A stretch of 64,000 nt of DNA from an uncultured Candidatus Bathyarchaeia archaeon (GCA_964623205.1 CAZUQX010000010.1:5152-69151), one strand, 5' to 3'; shown: positions 19,538 through 29,749, numbered from the stretch's first letter. Notes: generated by a model from the sequence alone, not told the origin. Program-made: numbers and translations.

Positions 19538-20261
19538 CGCTTTTCCTTCCTACAATATGTATTCCGGGAGCTACGTAATTTGGATTCAGCTTTTTCCTGT
19601 TTCGCTCAACCGTAGCATAGGGGTTTTCTGAGAGTGCCTTTAAGGCAGAGGATTTAGGTAGGTCGAAGAGAGTTGTCAAGGCAGCGTAGTCGCGAGGTCC
19701 CCTCATGAGGATTTCGTCTGTTGCACCGCTGGAAATCGTGATTGGCACCCTACTCTTCTCTGCCGTCGCCACTTCCTTCTGTAGGCGAGAAAGGAGACGG
19801 ATTCTTGAAGCACCTGCCAACTTCAGAATGGGAGCCATCTCGATCTCGAGGGAAGAGAATGCCTGCGAAGCAAGTTCAGCCTCTGCCTCATCAAAGAATC
19901 TTCTTCGGAGGTTTGTGGCGGAAAATTGGAGGAGGTCCACTCGCCTGTCCTTAGCTGCCTGTCTGGCGACGTTCTTTGTGGGACACATTACGGATACTAT
20001 CTCGAATTTTCTTCTGAAACGCCGCAAGTCATGGAGAAGTTCGCTGGGGGTTCTGGGAGAAAGATTCACTCTTGTTGCAAGGTCTATTTTTGCTTCACCG
20101 CAGAGGTGTTGAAGCTGGCTAATCTGTTCTCGTGGAGCGTGGGGTGGTAGAGGTATGGCGATTAGGCTGTAACCTAACTCGGAGGCTTTCCTAACAATCC
20201 TCTCTGTCTTAGGCAGGTCATTTAGTGGCACCAGAAGATGCAGGTCAGCAAACCGTCTCAT
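19530..20261 (-). CDS. RNase P protein component Rpp30
   Basis: It has the FADLHL start of the TIM barrel, is ~240 aa long, and sits in the conserved DUF54-Rpp30-Pop5 order. Confidence 0.75.
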   Translation of the reverse strand: MRRFADLHLLVPLNDLPKTERIVRKASELGYSLIAIPLPPHAPREQISQLQHLCGEAKIDLATRVNLSPRTPSELLHDLRRFRRKFEIVSVMCPTKNVARQAAKDRRVDLLQFSATNLRRRFFDEAEAELASQAFSSLEIEMAPILKLAGASRIRLLSRLQKEVATAEKSRVPITISSGATDEILMRGPRDYAALTTLFDLPKSSALKALSENPYATVERNRKKLNPNYVAPGIHIVGRKSGA

Positions 20262-20701
20262 GTTAACATCCCAATCTCTCGGCAGATTTCGATTATGTCT
20301 TCAATCTTGGATTTCCTGAATCTTATGCGCATGCGGATGGGATCAGACGTAACAAGTTTAGTTTTGCCTTGGAGGGCAGCTTGTTTGTCGACTCTGAGGT
20401 AGAGACTTCCCTTCTCAACATACCGATGTATCATTCTGCCCAACTCCTCCTTATCCAAAGCACTGAGATGAGAGGAAAGATTCTTCACTAAGGCTCTGAT
20501 TGTTTCTTTGTCTTTGATTTTGGCTTCGAAAAGGGTTATGGGATTACCGTAGTGTCCCTGCAAGTTGCTTTTGTTGAATGTTATTTCTTCTATGTTGTCG
20601 CTTGGCAGAATATTTTGAACTGCTTCAACAACCTTGTCCAAGTCTTCGGTGGCATGGGCGAAGAATCGAATGTCAACGTAGGCTATAGGCAGCTGAGGCA
20701 A
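20258..20701 (-). CDS. DUF54/COG1325 RNA-binding protein (predicted exosome/RNase P-associated)
   Basis: It has the N-terminal motif VDIRFFAHATED and overlaps the Rpp30 gene by 4 nt. This matches the conserved archaeal superoperon context. Confidence 0.65.
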   Translation of the reverse strand: MPQLPIAYVDIRFFAHATEDLDKVVEAVQNILPSDNIEEITFNKSNLQGHYGNPITLFEAKIKDKETIRALVKNLSSHLSALDKEELGRMIHRYVEKGSLYLRVDKQAALQGKTKLVTSDPIRMRIRFRKSKIEDIIEICREIGMLT

Positions 20702-20854
20702 AACCTATCTCACACTCTTTCCGAAACTCTATTGCATCCTCTTGATATAAATATGTCAAGTAAGGTGTAACGGAGATTCTTAAACACAGGAATGGAGAGT
20801 TTTGAAGGTGTCCTCGGAAAACTGGGGTTGAATCAGATTTTGCATCATTATTGT

Positions 20855-21412
20855 TTATTGTTTTTGTTTCAGGACTGCTTTGCGGCTTGGTCGCGCTTTT
20901 TCGGCTCCCAGTCCTCTGTTGTGAAGTCCTCGAACCTCTTTGCCGGCGCTGGTTAAGCCACGAAACACGCGTCTTGTCTGATTTGCTATTGGATGATCCG
21001 GCAAAAGAATTGGATCAACCATGATAACTTCGAACCACTTGAAGCGGCCGTCCTCCCAGACCCAGTAGGAATTCAGAACCTCCAGATTCGGAAAACGTCT
21101 AGCCACCCTCTCTTCAGCAATCAGCCTCATGTTCTTGGCTAGCTTGAATTTGTTGACGCCCAACCGTTTCTGTCTACGACCGCCTGTGGGTCTCGTCTTT
21201 CTAAATCCTGAACGTCTAACACGAACCCGAGCCATGACAAATCCTTGTTTAGCTTTGTATCCTAGGTTCCTTGCTCGATCTAGTCGAGTGGGTCTCTCGA
21301 TCCGTACAATGGCGTGTTGTTTGCGCCATTCTATGGCTCTATGCCACATCAATTCTTTCACGAAAGACTCTTTCGGCTTTTTCCAAGCCTTCGCGATATA
21401 TTTGTAAGCCAT
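20855..21412 (-). CDS. rpl15e: 50S ribosomal protein L15e
   Basis: The sequence [13 protein letters not shown]...WRKQ...[20 protein letters not shown] matches the family. Confidence 0.95.
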   Translation of the reverse strand: MAYKYIAKAWKKPKESFVKELMWHRAIEWRKQHAIVRIERPTRLDRARNLGYKAKQGFVMARVRVRRSGFRKTRPTGGRRQKRLGVNKFKLAKNMRLIAEERVARRFPNLEVLNSYWVWEDGRFKWFEVIMVDPILLPDHPIANQTRRVFRGLTSAGKEVRGLHNRGLGAEKARPSRKAVLKQKQ

Positions 21413-21532
21413 TCTCTATTCCTCTAATTTTTGCGGTTCAACCCTAATGGGTCACATCCCAACGGAACATTCCTTACGGAAAGCTTGTAGCTAAAAGCTA
21501 AAGAATAGTTAATAAACCTTTTTCAGCCTACT

Positions 21533-23263
21533 TTAATTTTGGATAGGCAGCTTAATCGTGAAAATTGATCCTTTACCTTCTTCGCTTTCCACCTCAATAC
21601 TACCCCCATTACGATCGACAAATTTTTTGCAAATGGCTAAACCCATACCCATGCCTTGAGCCTTGGTAGTGAAGAAAGGAGTGAAGAGTTGCTTCATGAT
21701 TTCTTTTGACATACCAACACCTGTATCTTTGAAACTCACTTCAATGAAACCGTTTGTTTTTTTGGTTGAGACTTCTAAAGTTCCCCCATTCTGCATTGCC
21801 TGCATCCCATTTGTAACAATGTTTACAAAAGTCCTTTTTATCATGTCTTTATCCACCTCTATTAATGGAAGCGGATTCAGTTCTGTGATTATTTCCACGT
21901 TCTTTGGTGCTTTACATCTATGCAAAGCACCCCTGACTATCTTGTTAATATCAACCTTTTTGGCAACGGGTTTTCTTTCTGATGAAAAATCTTTCAAATC
22001 TTTTACTATGTTATCAGCATATTCAATTGAAACCTCCATAATTTCAAGCATGTTTAACGAATTTTCAAAAATTGGATTTGTTGCATTAATGCTTTTTAGT
22101 TCGTTTTTGATGCAATATGCTGCGTTTTCGATTGCTTGTAAAGGATTTCGGAGGTCATGACCAACCATAGTAGCTGCTCGACCTATAGCAGCAAGCTTCT
22201 CGGACTTGAGAAGAAGCTCCTCCATCCGCTTGTTTTCGGTGATGTCACGGACAATGACAACAGCTCCATTAATTTGTCCTTCCTTGTTTCTCACTACTGA
22301 AGCAGAAAAACTGACAGGAATTTCTTCATTAGATTTTGTTTTATATCTTGTCTCATGATTTTTAAATCCCCCTTTTCTAAACAATCTTTCTAACTTTTTG
22401 CTCATAAATTGTTCTTCTTTGAAAAGCACATCAACTGATTTCCCAATCAGTTCAGCTTCTGTGTATCCTAGAAGATTGACTAATGATTGATTAACTGTCA
22501 GTATTTTTCCTTCACGGTCGATCAGAATAAGCGAGTCGGGCATTGTCGAGATAATATTTTCTGCTACTGTTACTGGATTTAACGCGAACAATTCATATTT
22601 CCAAATCGCATATCCAACAAAAATGCACAGCATAGTAGTAGAGATTACGCTAAGATCTGGAACTCTGAATTGTGACAGTATGGGTAAAAACTCTGATGCT
22701 AAAGAAACAACAATTGGAATTGAAAACGCGACGCTCACAAATTTAGCCTGTTTTTTCTTTCTACCCGTCTCTTTCAAATAATATCTAATACATAAAAGAA
22801 GCGCCAAAAATCCTAATGCAAAAAGCCAAATGGAACTCGTCCAGAAAAGCAAAGAATTTTCTGGAATGGAATACGTATAAACCCCATTTGCTTTTACTGG
22901 TTCACCACTTATTAGATCAGTAGTTAATCCAAAAATAGAGAAGAATAACGCTGGAAAATATATCAGAAAATTGGTGAAAAATTTACTTAGTATTTTTGTA
23001 TTCCCAGTAAAAAGAAGTGAAAAATGAAACAAAAGCGCGACAGAAAAAGGCCATAAGAACCCAATTTTAAACCATGAATAAGCAGCGGCAAAGCTTTCCG
23101 CTTGAAGAATCATAAAATCGGTGAAAGCCCAGTAGGAAATCGACACGCACATGAGCATAAAAATTTTGTTGATCTGATTTTTCTTGTTCAGGTGGTATAC
23201 AAAATTTCCTAAAAGCAAACAAAGACAAAAAGATATCAAAGAAGAAAAAGCAAAAATGTTCAT
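21533..23263 (-). CDS. Membrane sensor histidine kinase (multi-TM N-terminus + PAS + HisKA + HATPase)
   Basis: It has about seven hydrophobic helices, a PAS domain ending in RDITENK, the H-box MVGHDLRNPL, and ATPase boxes that are near-identical to those of the 10080-11297 kinase (TNGFIEVSFKDTGVGM, FTPFFTTKAQGMGMGL). Confidence 0.9.
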   Translation of the reverse strand: MNIFAFSSLISFCLCLLLGNFVYHLNKKNQINKIFMLMCVSISYWAFTDFMILQAESFAAAYSWFKIGFLWPFSVALLFHFSLLFTGNTKILSKFFTNFLIYFPALFFSIFGLTTDLISGEPVKANGVYTYSIPENSLLFWTSSIWLFALGFLALLLCIRYYLKETGRKKKQAKFVSVAFSIPIVVSLASEFLPILSQFRVPDLSVISTTMLCIFVGYAIWKYELFALNPVTVAENIISTMPDSLILIDREGKILTVNQSLVNLLGYTEAELIGKSVDVLFKEEQFMSKKLERLFRKGGFKNHETRYKTKSNEEIPVSFSASVVRNKEGQINGAVVIVRDITENKRMEELLLKSEKLAAIGRAATMVGHDLRNPLQAIENAAYCIKNELKSINATNPIFENSLNMLEIMEVSIEYADNIVKDLKDFSSERKPVAKKVDINKIVRGALHRCKAPKNVEIITELNPLPLIEVDKDMIKRTFVNIVTNGMQAMQNGGTLEVSTKKTNGFIEVSFKDTGVGMSKEIMKQLFTPFFTTKAQGMGMGLAICKKFVDRNGGSIEVESEEGKGSIFTIKLPIQN

Positions 23264-23706
23264 TGAGATCAGCCTAGATTGAAAGCAGATTCCTTATCCA
23301 ATTGAAACGTAGCTGCATTTTCAACATTGTTTCATGACCAAAAGCATATAGATTATCGTTCAAATGCAAAACTAGTATCCAAGCGTTCTCTTTCAAGTCT
23401 ATTATGACTTCGGGTAATGACTTGACTACGGATTTGACCATTCACCCACCACTCCCAACTAAGAATTCCTGCAAAATTTGGTCACATGGTTTTGTGTCTA
23501 GTTGTAGAATTATAATGGTTATGAAAGTGGTGTATGAATTAATAATGTTGCGGAATCGGATTCGGAATCTAGGAAACAATATTATGTAAATTCATGCGAT
23601 ATTGCTAAAAAATGGCTAGAAAAAGAATTTATGAGAATTAGCCCCCTCCCTCTCTGAGAAAACAAAAGCACCAATTACTTAGAATAAACCTTTTTAGCCC
23701 TTTCCC

Positions 23707-23871
23707 TTAAGGTGCCTCTTTCAGGTCACAGGGAAGATAGAGCGTTTGTTCTGCAAGGAGGGCTCCTAGTAACCTGCAGTAGTGGCGCCCCTCCAGCTTG
23801 GTGAGGTGTTTACAGGATTTACACACGCTTTCTGTTTTGGAGAATTTTGCTAGCACAGTTTGTTCAGTCAT
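23707..23871 (-). CDS. Possible 54-aa Cys-containing small protein
   Basis: An ATG at 23871 opens MTEQTVLAKFSKTESVCKSCKHLTKLEGRHYCRLLGALLAEQTLYLPCDLKEAP, ending at TAA 23707. It has a CxxC plus two more Cys but no clear SD. It lies in an otherwise ORF-free ~0.9-kb gap. Confidence 0.2.
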   Translation of the reverse strand: MTEQTVLAKFSKTESVCKSCKHLTKLEGRHYCRLLGALLAEQTLYLPCDLKEAP

Positions 23872-24011
23872 AACTGGCTCTCTGTCTTTCGTTCACACTA
23901 AAAATCCTTTCGCATCGAACGCGAGAGAAGACAAAATTTTTTCAACTAACAGTCAAGCCTTAATGGGTAAGCAACCTGAAATTTTCTAACAACAAACTTT
24001 CGTGCACGCGC

Positions 24012-24047
24012 AAGAAAAAAGGGTGGGAATATGCCGAAGATTTCGGC
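24012..24047 (-). terminator. Hairpin plus oligo-T after the desulforedoxin gene
   Basis: The minus strand reads GCCGAA-atc-TTCGGC (24033-24047), followed by CCCACCCTTTTTTCTT. Confidence 0.5.
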
Positions 24048-24051
24048 AATA

Positions 24052-24168
24052 TCATTCCATTAGATTCATGTCTTGTCCGCAGCAAACTAGAGTTCCAAAA
24101 CTTGCTTCTATAACTTGCACTTTGTTTCCACATATCGCACAAAGGTAAATTTGCCCTTTCTCAGTCAA
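24052..24168 (-). CDS. Desulforedoxin-type small iron protein (38 codons, TTG start)
   Basis: The translation (M)TEKGQIYLCAICGNKVQVIEASFGTLVCCGQDMNLME ends at TGA 24052-24054. It matches the desulforedoxin signature Y.C..CG..V.V......GTLVCCG.DM. A GGAGGTG lies 5 nt upstream of the TTG. The gene starts 32 nt downstream of rubrerythrin. It is absent from the ORF track because it is under 60 aa. Confidence 0.75.
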   Translation of the reverse strand: MTEKGQIYLCAICGNKVQVIEASFGTLVCCGQDMNLME

Positions 24169-24200
24169 GTTTACACCTCCCTTTCATGAAGCAGATAAGT

Positions 24201-24779
24201 TCAGTAGTTTTCGCACCAAACTTCGAAGTAGCTTCTCTCGTGGTCGCAGACTGGGCATCTCTCAGGGGCTTCGCTGCCCTCGTATATATGACCGCAGTTT
24301 CTGCATTTCCATTTGATAGGTTTGTCTTTTTTGAAGACTTTTCCTTGCATAACGTTTGCCAGCAGTTTCCGGTACCTTCGCTCATGCTCCTTCTCTACTT
24401 TTGCAACCATACGAAAAGTATCGGCTACTTTCTTGAACCCTTCTTTGTCTGCCACCTCAGCAAAGTCCGGATAGAGAGTTCCCCACTCCAGTTTTTCTCC
24501 TTCTGCTGCTTCCTTCAGGTTCTCCGCTGTTGTCCCAATTACTCCTGCAGGATAGGATGCTGTAATCTCCACCATTCCGCCCTTCAATAGTTTAAAGAAC
24601 AGTTCAGCATGCTCTTTCTCGTTGCCGGCTGTTTCTGTGAAAATGGCTGATATTTGCTCGTAACCTTCCTTCTTTGCCTTGCTCGCAAAGAAAGTGTATC
24701 GGTTTCTAGCTTGAGATTCACCCGCAAATGATGCCAACAGATTCTTCTCGGTTCGACTTCCCTTCAATTCCACCTTCAA
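24201..24779 (-). CDS. rbr: Rubrerythrin
   Basis: It has ferritin-like diiron E..H motifs (EKEHAELF, EKEHERRY) and a C-terminal rubredoxin-like motif CRNCGH...CPVCDH. Confidence 0.9.
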   Translation of the reverse strand: MKVELKGSRTEKNLLASFAGESQARNRYTFFASKAKKEGYEQISAIFTETAGNEKEHAELFFKLLKGGMVEITASYPAGVIGTTAENLKEAAEGEKLEWGTLYPDFAEVADKEGFKKVADTFRMVAKVEKEHERRYRKLLANVMQGKVFKKDKPIKWKCRNCGHIYEGSEAPERCPVCDHERSYFEVWCENY

Positions 24780-24903
24780 AACCTCACTAAACTGAAAAAT
24801 GCCCTCTCAAACACACTCTTAAACCTATCTGAAAATTAGATTATGCACTCATTAACAGAAATGCTGTGTGCGGGAGATATTACATTCTATGTACAGAACC
24901 TTC

Positions 24904-25578
24904 TCAGCATTTGTCCACGAGGGTAGCTTCCTTTACAACAAGAACCCCGCTATGTTCTTCATAGTTTATCTCACTCCGGAGAATATTGATGCGCTTCTTG
25001 AAAAACGGGGCGTCCAGAACCAAGGTCTCGTATTCGCCGCCCTCACCCACCAACGAAATCTTATACCTGTCATGTAGTTCCACAAGCTTCTCCAGAGTCG
25101 CAGAGTTAATTTCTCTTCCCAGCCAGCTCTCATCAAAGCCGTAGGCGTACACTCCCACGATTATTACCTGAAATTCTAGGTCAATTATCTCTCTCAGAAG
25201 GTCGAGGGGGTCTTCGTGCCAGAGGGGTGTAATTGATTTGATGTGTAGCTCTTTGCATATCCTCTCGATTCGTTCCTTCTGATAACGCGATGATACTGCA
25301 CCTGACACGACTCCATCCACATCGAGGGGTGCAAGCAACTTTTTGAGGTCCTCCAGTTCTTTCTCTTTGATTCCAGAGGTTTCAGCTTTCACCAACGGAA
25401 TTCCAACGGCTCTGGAAAGATGGTCTGTCAGGTGAATGTTGGGAAAATGGAACATGTAGCTGTCAGCTCGTTTCGGAATCATTGTAGCTAAAACTTCTAC
25501 ATCGTAGCCCATCTGTTGGGCACGGTAAAGAGCTAGGATAGAATCCTTTCCGCCAGTAACTAATGCAGCTACACGCAT
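24904..25578 (-). CDS. dph6: Diphthine-ammonia ligase (Dph6; MJ0570-type PP-loop ATPase)
   Basis: It has the PP-loop ALVTGGKDS and the internal motif GEGGEYETLVLD. Confidence 0.8.
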   Translation of the reverse strand: MRVAALVTGGKDSILALYRAQQMGYDVEVLATMIPKRADSYMFHFPNIHLTDHLSRAVGIPLVKAETSGIKEKELEDLKKLLAPLDVDGVVSGAVSSRYQKERIERICKELHIKSITPLWHEDPLDLLREIIDLEFQVIIVGVYAYGFDESWLGREINSATLEKLVELHDRYKISLVGEGGEYETLVLDAPFFKKRINILRSEINYEEHSGVLVVKEATLVDKC

Positions 25579-25611
25579 ATTCTACGCACTCGACTGTAGA
25601 TTAAGTTCTTC

Positions 25612-26979
25612 TCAAAGCTTCTTTGCTTTCTCAACTACAAGATTTACCTTCTCTTCCCACTCCTTCAGTCCCTGAGGAGACGAAGGATAACTTCTGTACA
25701 AAGCTTTAATTTCCCTCATGATCTTGGCAGTAGTATTCAATTTCTTGAGAAGAGACAGACTTCCAAGTCCCTTGAAGAGCCGATTCGTCTTCTCAGTTAT
25801 GTTCAGTTTCAGGTCCTCGCCCATACTCGCCTTGAGCAGGTCCTCGTCCGTGATCAAATGATGGGCCATACCATAATTCATTTCCTTGTTAGTTAACCGC
25901 TGAAGAAGCATACGGAAGATGTCAAGTCCAGCCTGTTTAGCGCCATACAATTCCATGAACATACCGGTGTAAGGCCAAAGACTTTCTCGGCTCACATCCC
26001 CCTTCTCCAGAGCTTTAATGATCACTTCCCCCGCTTTCACTCCGCCCATCATTGAAGAACCAATTCCGCCCCCGTGAATCGGATTAACTTGGCAAGCAGC
26101 ATCGCCAATAATAATCACCCCATTTCCCACCATGGGACTTTTGGGTCTCCGAGTTGGAACAAGACCTCCACCCCCCGTCAAAGCCCGCGAACCCTTGAAG
26201 AGAGCCATCGGCAAAATCAGTTCATTATAAAGGTCTTTTGGGTTAGGAAACCCTTCTGTCATGGCTACACCCAAACCCACGTTAACAGTGGTTGAACTTT
26301 TAGGAAAAATCCAGAAATATCCTCCTGGAACACGTTTCAGGTCCAAGTAGATTCTACAGAAACCTGGGTCAGTAATCGTCTCTTTCACCTCACGAATTTC
26401 TCGGTAACAAACCTCCACGTCTTCATTTTTGACTTCAGTTTCGATACCGAATTCGGGAGGAAGCCTCTTTCGCAAAACCGCTGAATGCCCACTTGCATCC
26501 ACTACAATCTGGGCAGAAAATTCAATTTTTCCACCTGTTTTAAGGTCTTTAGCTGAAACGCCGACGACATACCCGTCTTTTATTATTGGTTCTGAGACAA
26601 CTGTCGAGTCAATCAGGATTGCTCCCGCATCTTTCGCCTCTTTCAGTAGTCTCTGACCGAAAAGTTGGCGATTAACTAGGTATCCGTGGACGCCTTCACC
26701 CTTGACGGTGACGACGGTCTCCATGTCTGGCGAATAGATTTTTATGCCGTCTATTTTTTGCTCCAGTTCTTCTCCTGTGGGATGTTTCAAGTTTAGAGTG
26801 TCAAAGTGATGTTTTCCTATGGCGTCCCCGCAGACTTTGTCGCCTATGTCCTGTTCTCTTTTTCGGTCTATCAGGCAGACTTCAAATCCAGCTTTGGCAA
26901 CAGTTTTTGCTGCTAAGCATCCTCCGCTTCCAGCGCCGATGATAATTACGTCAAAATTCTTCAAGGGTTTCTTCTCCAC
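25612..26979 (-). CDS. Geranylgeranyl reductase family flavoprotein (digeranylgeranylglycerophospholipid reductase-like)
   Basis: It has FDVIIIGAGSGGCLAAK...DRK, the CGD motif (KVCGDAIG) and IIGDAACQVNP. Confidence 0.8.
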   Translation of the reverse strand: MEKKPLKNFDVIIIGAGSGGCLAAKTVAKAGFEVCLIDRKREQDIGDKVCGDAIGKHHFDTLNLKHPTGEELEQKIDGIKIYSPDMETVVTVKGEGVHGYLVNRQLFGQRLLKEAKDAGAILIDSTVVSEPIIKDGYVVGVSAKDLKTGGKIEFSAQIVVDASGHSAVLRKRLPPEFGIETEVKNEDVEVCYREIREVKETITDPGFCRIYLDLKRVPGGYFWIFPKSSTTVNVGLGVAMTEGFPNPKDLYNELILPMALFKGSRALTGGGGLVPTRRPKSPMVGNGVIIIGDAACQVNPIHGGGIGSSMMGGVKAGEVIIKALEKGDVSRESLWPYTGMFMELYGAKQAGLDIFRMLLQRLTNKEMNYGMAHHLITDEDLLKASMGEDLKLNITEKTNRLFKGLGSLSLLKKLNTTAKIMREIKALYRSYPSSPQGLKEWEEKVNLVVEKAKKL

Positions 26980-27205
26980 TAGTCCTTATTCGTTATTTTT
27001 GGCTGAAAGGGGCTTCATAACCTTTACTATGCTTAAAGAACGGGTGAAGAGTTAATTTAAGTTTGTTAACTTTTCAGCTATGTTATCAATAGAGGAGAGC
27101 CATCTTCTCTCTCAGGAAGCTCTTTTTGCCTTGAAAGGATTAAAAAACAAGAAAAAAATAAGAATCTGGAAGAGGTAAAAATCAAGTGAGGCGAGAGACC
27201 AGACA

Positions 27206-27526
27206 ATGGAAAGAACTATTCGGGTGAAAACTTGGGAAGAATTTAAGGCGTTAGCCTTAGAAAAAAAGCCTAAGAGTGTCGTTTACATCATCGCCCAGAG
27301 CATCCCCGCCAAGAACTATACTGGACTAAAACTGATCCTGCCAGTCGAGGGCGCCCAGTACATCTTCACCGATTCCGCCAAAGGTGATAAGCTACGAAGA
27401 ACAGGAATTCCAATTCAAACCGATAAGAAGGGAAACCGCTTCCTCACAGACGAGGACGTGAAAAAATTTCTTAGAACACAACTCCAAATAGATAATCTGC
27501 AGATCTTTTCATACTGGACAGCCTAA
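27206..27526 (+). CDS. Hypothetical protein
   Basis: The 106-aa ORF has coding-like composition and no motif I recognise. Confidence 0.45.
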   Translation: MERTIRVKTWEEFKALALEKKPKSVVYIIAQSIPAKNYTGLKLILPVEGAQYIFTDSAKGDKLRRTGIPIQTDKKGNRFLTDEDVKKFLRTQLQIDNLQIFSYWTA

Positions 27527-27653
27527 GTGAAGCATGTGGGCCTATATTGAAAAATGAAAAAGGGATAGTTTTGCCGAGTCTTAGGTCCTTGGATTCAAGA
27601 CCGAGCCGACGCGGCATATGTGTTGTGGATTTTGTTTTGCAGTTAGGACGAAG

Positions 27654-27923
27654 TCAAGGTTGCGGTGTGAACATCGATAACATGGTCTCGGTGTGGATTA
27701 CGTTGGGATGTTGCTCTATCATTTCGTAGATAATCTTCGTTAGCTCTTCTGAAGTTCCTGCTTCTATCACCGCTATAGCATCGAATCTCCCAAGAACCGA
27801 GCTAGCTAACTTTACGCCCTTAATTCGCCTCGAACTCACAATCTCCTCCGAAGTTCCAGGCTTCATAGTCAAGAGGACGAAAGCCCTTATCGTCTTGCGG
27901 CGAAGATCTTTATTTGTAGACAA
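27654..27923 (-). CDS. Stand-alone Lrp/AsnC ligand-binding (RAM) domain protein
   Basis: AFVLLTMKPGTSEEI...VLGRFDAIAVIEAG..EEL...I.E.I...P.V..TET is the typical RAM alpha-beta sandwich. Confidence 0.7.
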   Translation of the reverse strand: MSTNKDLRRKTIRAFVLLTMKPGTSEEIVSSRRIKGVKLASSVLGRFDAIAVIEAGTSEELTKIIYEMIEQHPNVIHTETMLSMFTPQP

Positions 27924-27938
27924 CCTAGGTCTCTCCTT

Positions 27939-28169
27939 CTAGAACAGAGTTATCGACGTCTCGGTGTGGACAATGTTTGGGTCCTTTTCAATTACCTTGT
28001 AAACGAACTCGTTGAGCTTTTCGAGGTCAGGAGCTTCTAAGACAACTATAACATCGTGTCGACCGTAAACAGAGTCAGCGTGCAGAACGTTTTTGAAACG
28101 CATTCGGATGGCTTTGACGACATCTTCGGATGTTCCGGGCCTCGTTTCGATCAGTATATATGCTTTCAT
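27939..28169 (-). CDS. Stand-alone Lrp/AsnC ligand-binding (RAM) domain protein
   Basis: The 76-aa product contains AYILIETRPGTSEDV...VYGRHDVIVVLEAPDLEKLNEFVYKVIEKDPNIVHTET. Confidence 0.75.
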   Translation of the reverse strand: MKAYILIETRPGTSEDVVKAIRMRFKNVLHADSVYGRHDVIVVLEAPDLEKLNEFVYKVIEKDPNIVHTETSITLF

Positions 28170-28198
28170 ACTTATTCACCTCTCCTCATTTTCTCATT

Positions 28199-29665
28199 TT
28201 AGTAGTCTAGGTATTTCATTATTTCCCACGGAGTGACATAGAGGCAATACTGGTTCCAGTCATTAGTCTTGTAGTCGATGAAAGCATCGAATATGTGGCT
28301 TCCAAGGGTTCTATGAACCACCTCGTCGCTCTTCATCGATTCTAAGGCGTCTTTCAGCGTAGTTGGCAACTCCTTAATACCAAGGGCTCGCCTCCTCTCA
28401 GGAGTCAGTTCATACACATCCTCGTCCACAGGGTCACCTGGATCAAGTTTCTTCTTTATGCCGTCAAGCCCAGCCATAAGGATGCATGAAAAGGCTAGGT
28501 AGGTGTTGCAGGACGGATCAGCGGAACGTAATTCAGCGCGTTTGGCTGAGGCGAACTCGGCACCCTTGAAGTATACGGGAACCCGAACCATGGCTGACCT
28601 GTTGCGGCGTGACCACATTATGTAAATGGGTGCCTCAAAACCTGGTACAAGACGCTTGTAAGAGTTCACTGTGGGACAACTCACAGCAGTTATCGCTCTG
28701 GCGTGCTCTAGTAGGCCTCCTATGAAGTATCTGCCCGTCTGGCTTAGCTCAGCATACTCATCCTTCTCGTCATACATTATGTTTTTTCTGCCTTTCCATA
28801 ATGAGGCGTGGACGTGCATTCCGCTGGCGTTGTCAAGGTAAACTGGCTTAGGCATGAAAGTAGCGATCAATCCATGTTTCTTTGCCACATTTTTGGCAAC
28901 GAACTTGTAGTATAGGGTAGTGTCAGCGGTTTTCACCAAATCTCCATATTTGAAGTCTATTTCTATCTGTCCTGCCGTAGCAACCTCGTGGTGGTGCATT
29001 TCAATCTCTGTGTCGAAGTTTTCCTCCAATATTGAAGCGACTTCGTTGCGATACTCCACAGTCGTGTCTTCTGGCGGCGGCCTAAAATATGCCTCTTTAG
29101 GTCTTAGAGTGTGGCTTCCTGGAGTGGTTTCTGGGGATTGAGGTACAACTCGTGGTGCGCCCCAAGAGTCTCCTACGCCACCTTTTGGGCTAACCCACAT
29201 GTCCCAAACAAGCTTTGTGGGGTCGATGGAACTGAAGACGAAGTATTCCAGTTCTGGACCGAAGAATCCGGTGTAACCCATCTCTTTTGCTGCTTTAACT
29301 GCTCTCTTTGCGACGTAGCCTCTGGGGTCTACGTCTGAGGGTTCTGTGCCTCCGAAGGCCTCGTAGACGTCTCCGAGGATTATGGCGCTCTTTTGTCTTT
29401 CGTCGGTTGTCCATGGGAGGATAGCTAATGTGTCAGGGTCTGGTTTGAGGATCATGTCTGATTCTTCGATGGTTTTGAAGCCGCGTATAGATGATCCGTC
29501 GAAGCCGATGCCGGCGGTTAGGGCTTGTCCCTCCGTGTAATGTTTTGCGGGTATCACTACATCCTGCATTAGACCGCGTATGTCTACGAAGGCTGTGTGT
29601 ACCCAGCGGATTTTGTTTTTCTTCAGGGATTCTACAGCTGTTTTTGTAGCCTCCATGTTATACAC
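28199..29665 (-). CDS. glnA: Glutamine synthetase, type I
   Basis: It has FDGSSIRGF, the GPELEYF-type motif (FFGPELEYFVF), the SGMHVH motif (ASGMHVHASLW) and NSYKRLVPGFEAP. Confidence 0.95.
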   Translation of the reverse strand: MYNMEATKTAVESLKKNKIRWVHTAFVDIRGLMQDVVIPAKHYTEGQALTAGIGFDGSSIRGFKTIEESDMILKPDPDTLAILPWTTDERQKSAIILGDVYEAFGGTEPSDVDPRGYVAKRAVKAAKEMGYTGFFGPELEYFVFSSIDPTKLVWDMWVSPKGGVGDSWGAPRVVPQSPETTPGSHTLRPKEAYFRPPPEDTTVEYRNEVASILEENFDTEIEMHHHEVATAGQIEIDFKYGDLVKTADTTLYYKFVAKNVAKKHGLIATFMPKPVYLDNASGMHVHASLWKGRKNIMYDEKDEYAELSQTGRYFIGGLLEHARAITAVSCPTVNSYKRLVPGFEAPIYIMWSRRNRSAMVRVPVYFKGAEFASAKRAELRSADPSCNTYLAFSCILMAGLDGIKKKLDPGDPVDEDVYELTPERRRALGIKELPTTLKDALESMKSDEVVHRTLGSHIFDAFIDYKTNDWNQYCLYVTPWEIMKYLDY

Positions 29666-29749
29666 CTTTTATTCAACTGAAACTCAGAATATTACATGTT
29701 TGTATATAAATGTTTCTAATAAACTGAAGGAAAGCTTATATATGTGTTA

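Noticed and set aside
20770-20854. Possible C/D-box sRNA (ATGATGC ... CTGA on the minus strand) downstream of the L15e gene
   Set aside because: The C-like and D-like boxes are only ~5 nt apart, there is no second box pair, and there is no terminal stem, so the geometry is wrong for a C/D sRNA.
27545-27650. tRNA-like or hairpin-rich stretch (GCCGAGTCTTAGGTCCTTGGATTCAAGACCGAGCCGACGCGGC)
   Set aside because: It has no acceptor stem, no canonical T-arm (GGTTCRAATCC) and no anticodon arm geometry. It contains only a short imperfect hairpin and probably belongs to the 3' region of the convergent genes.
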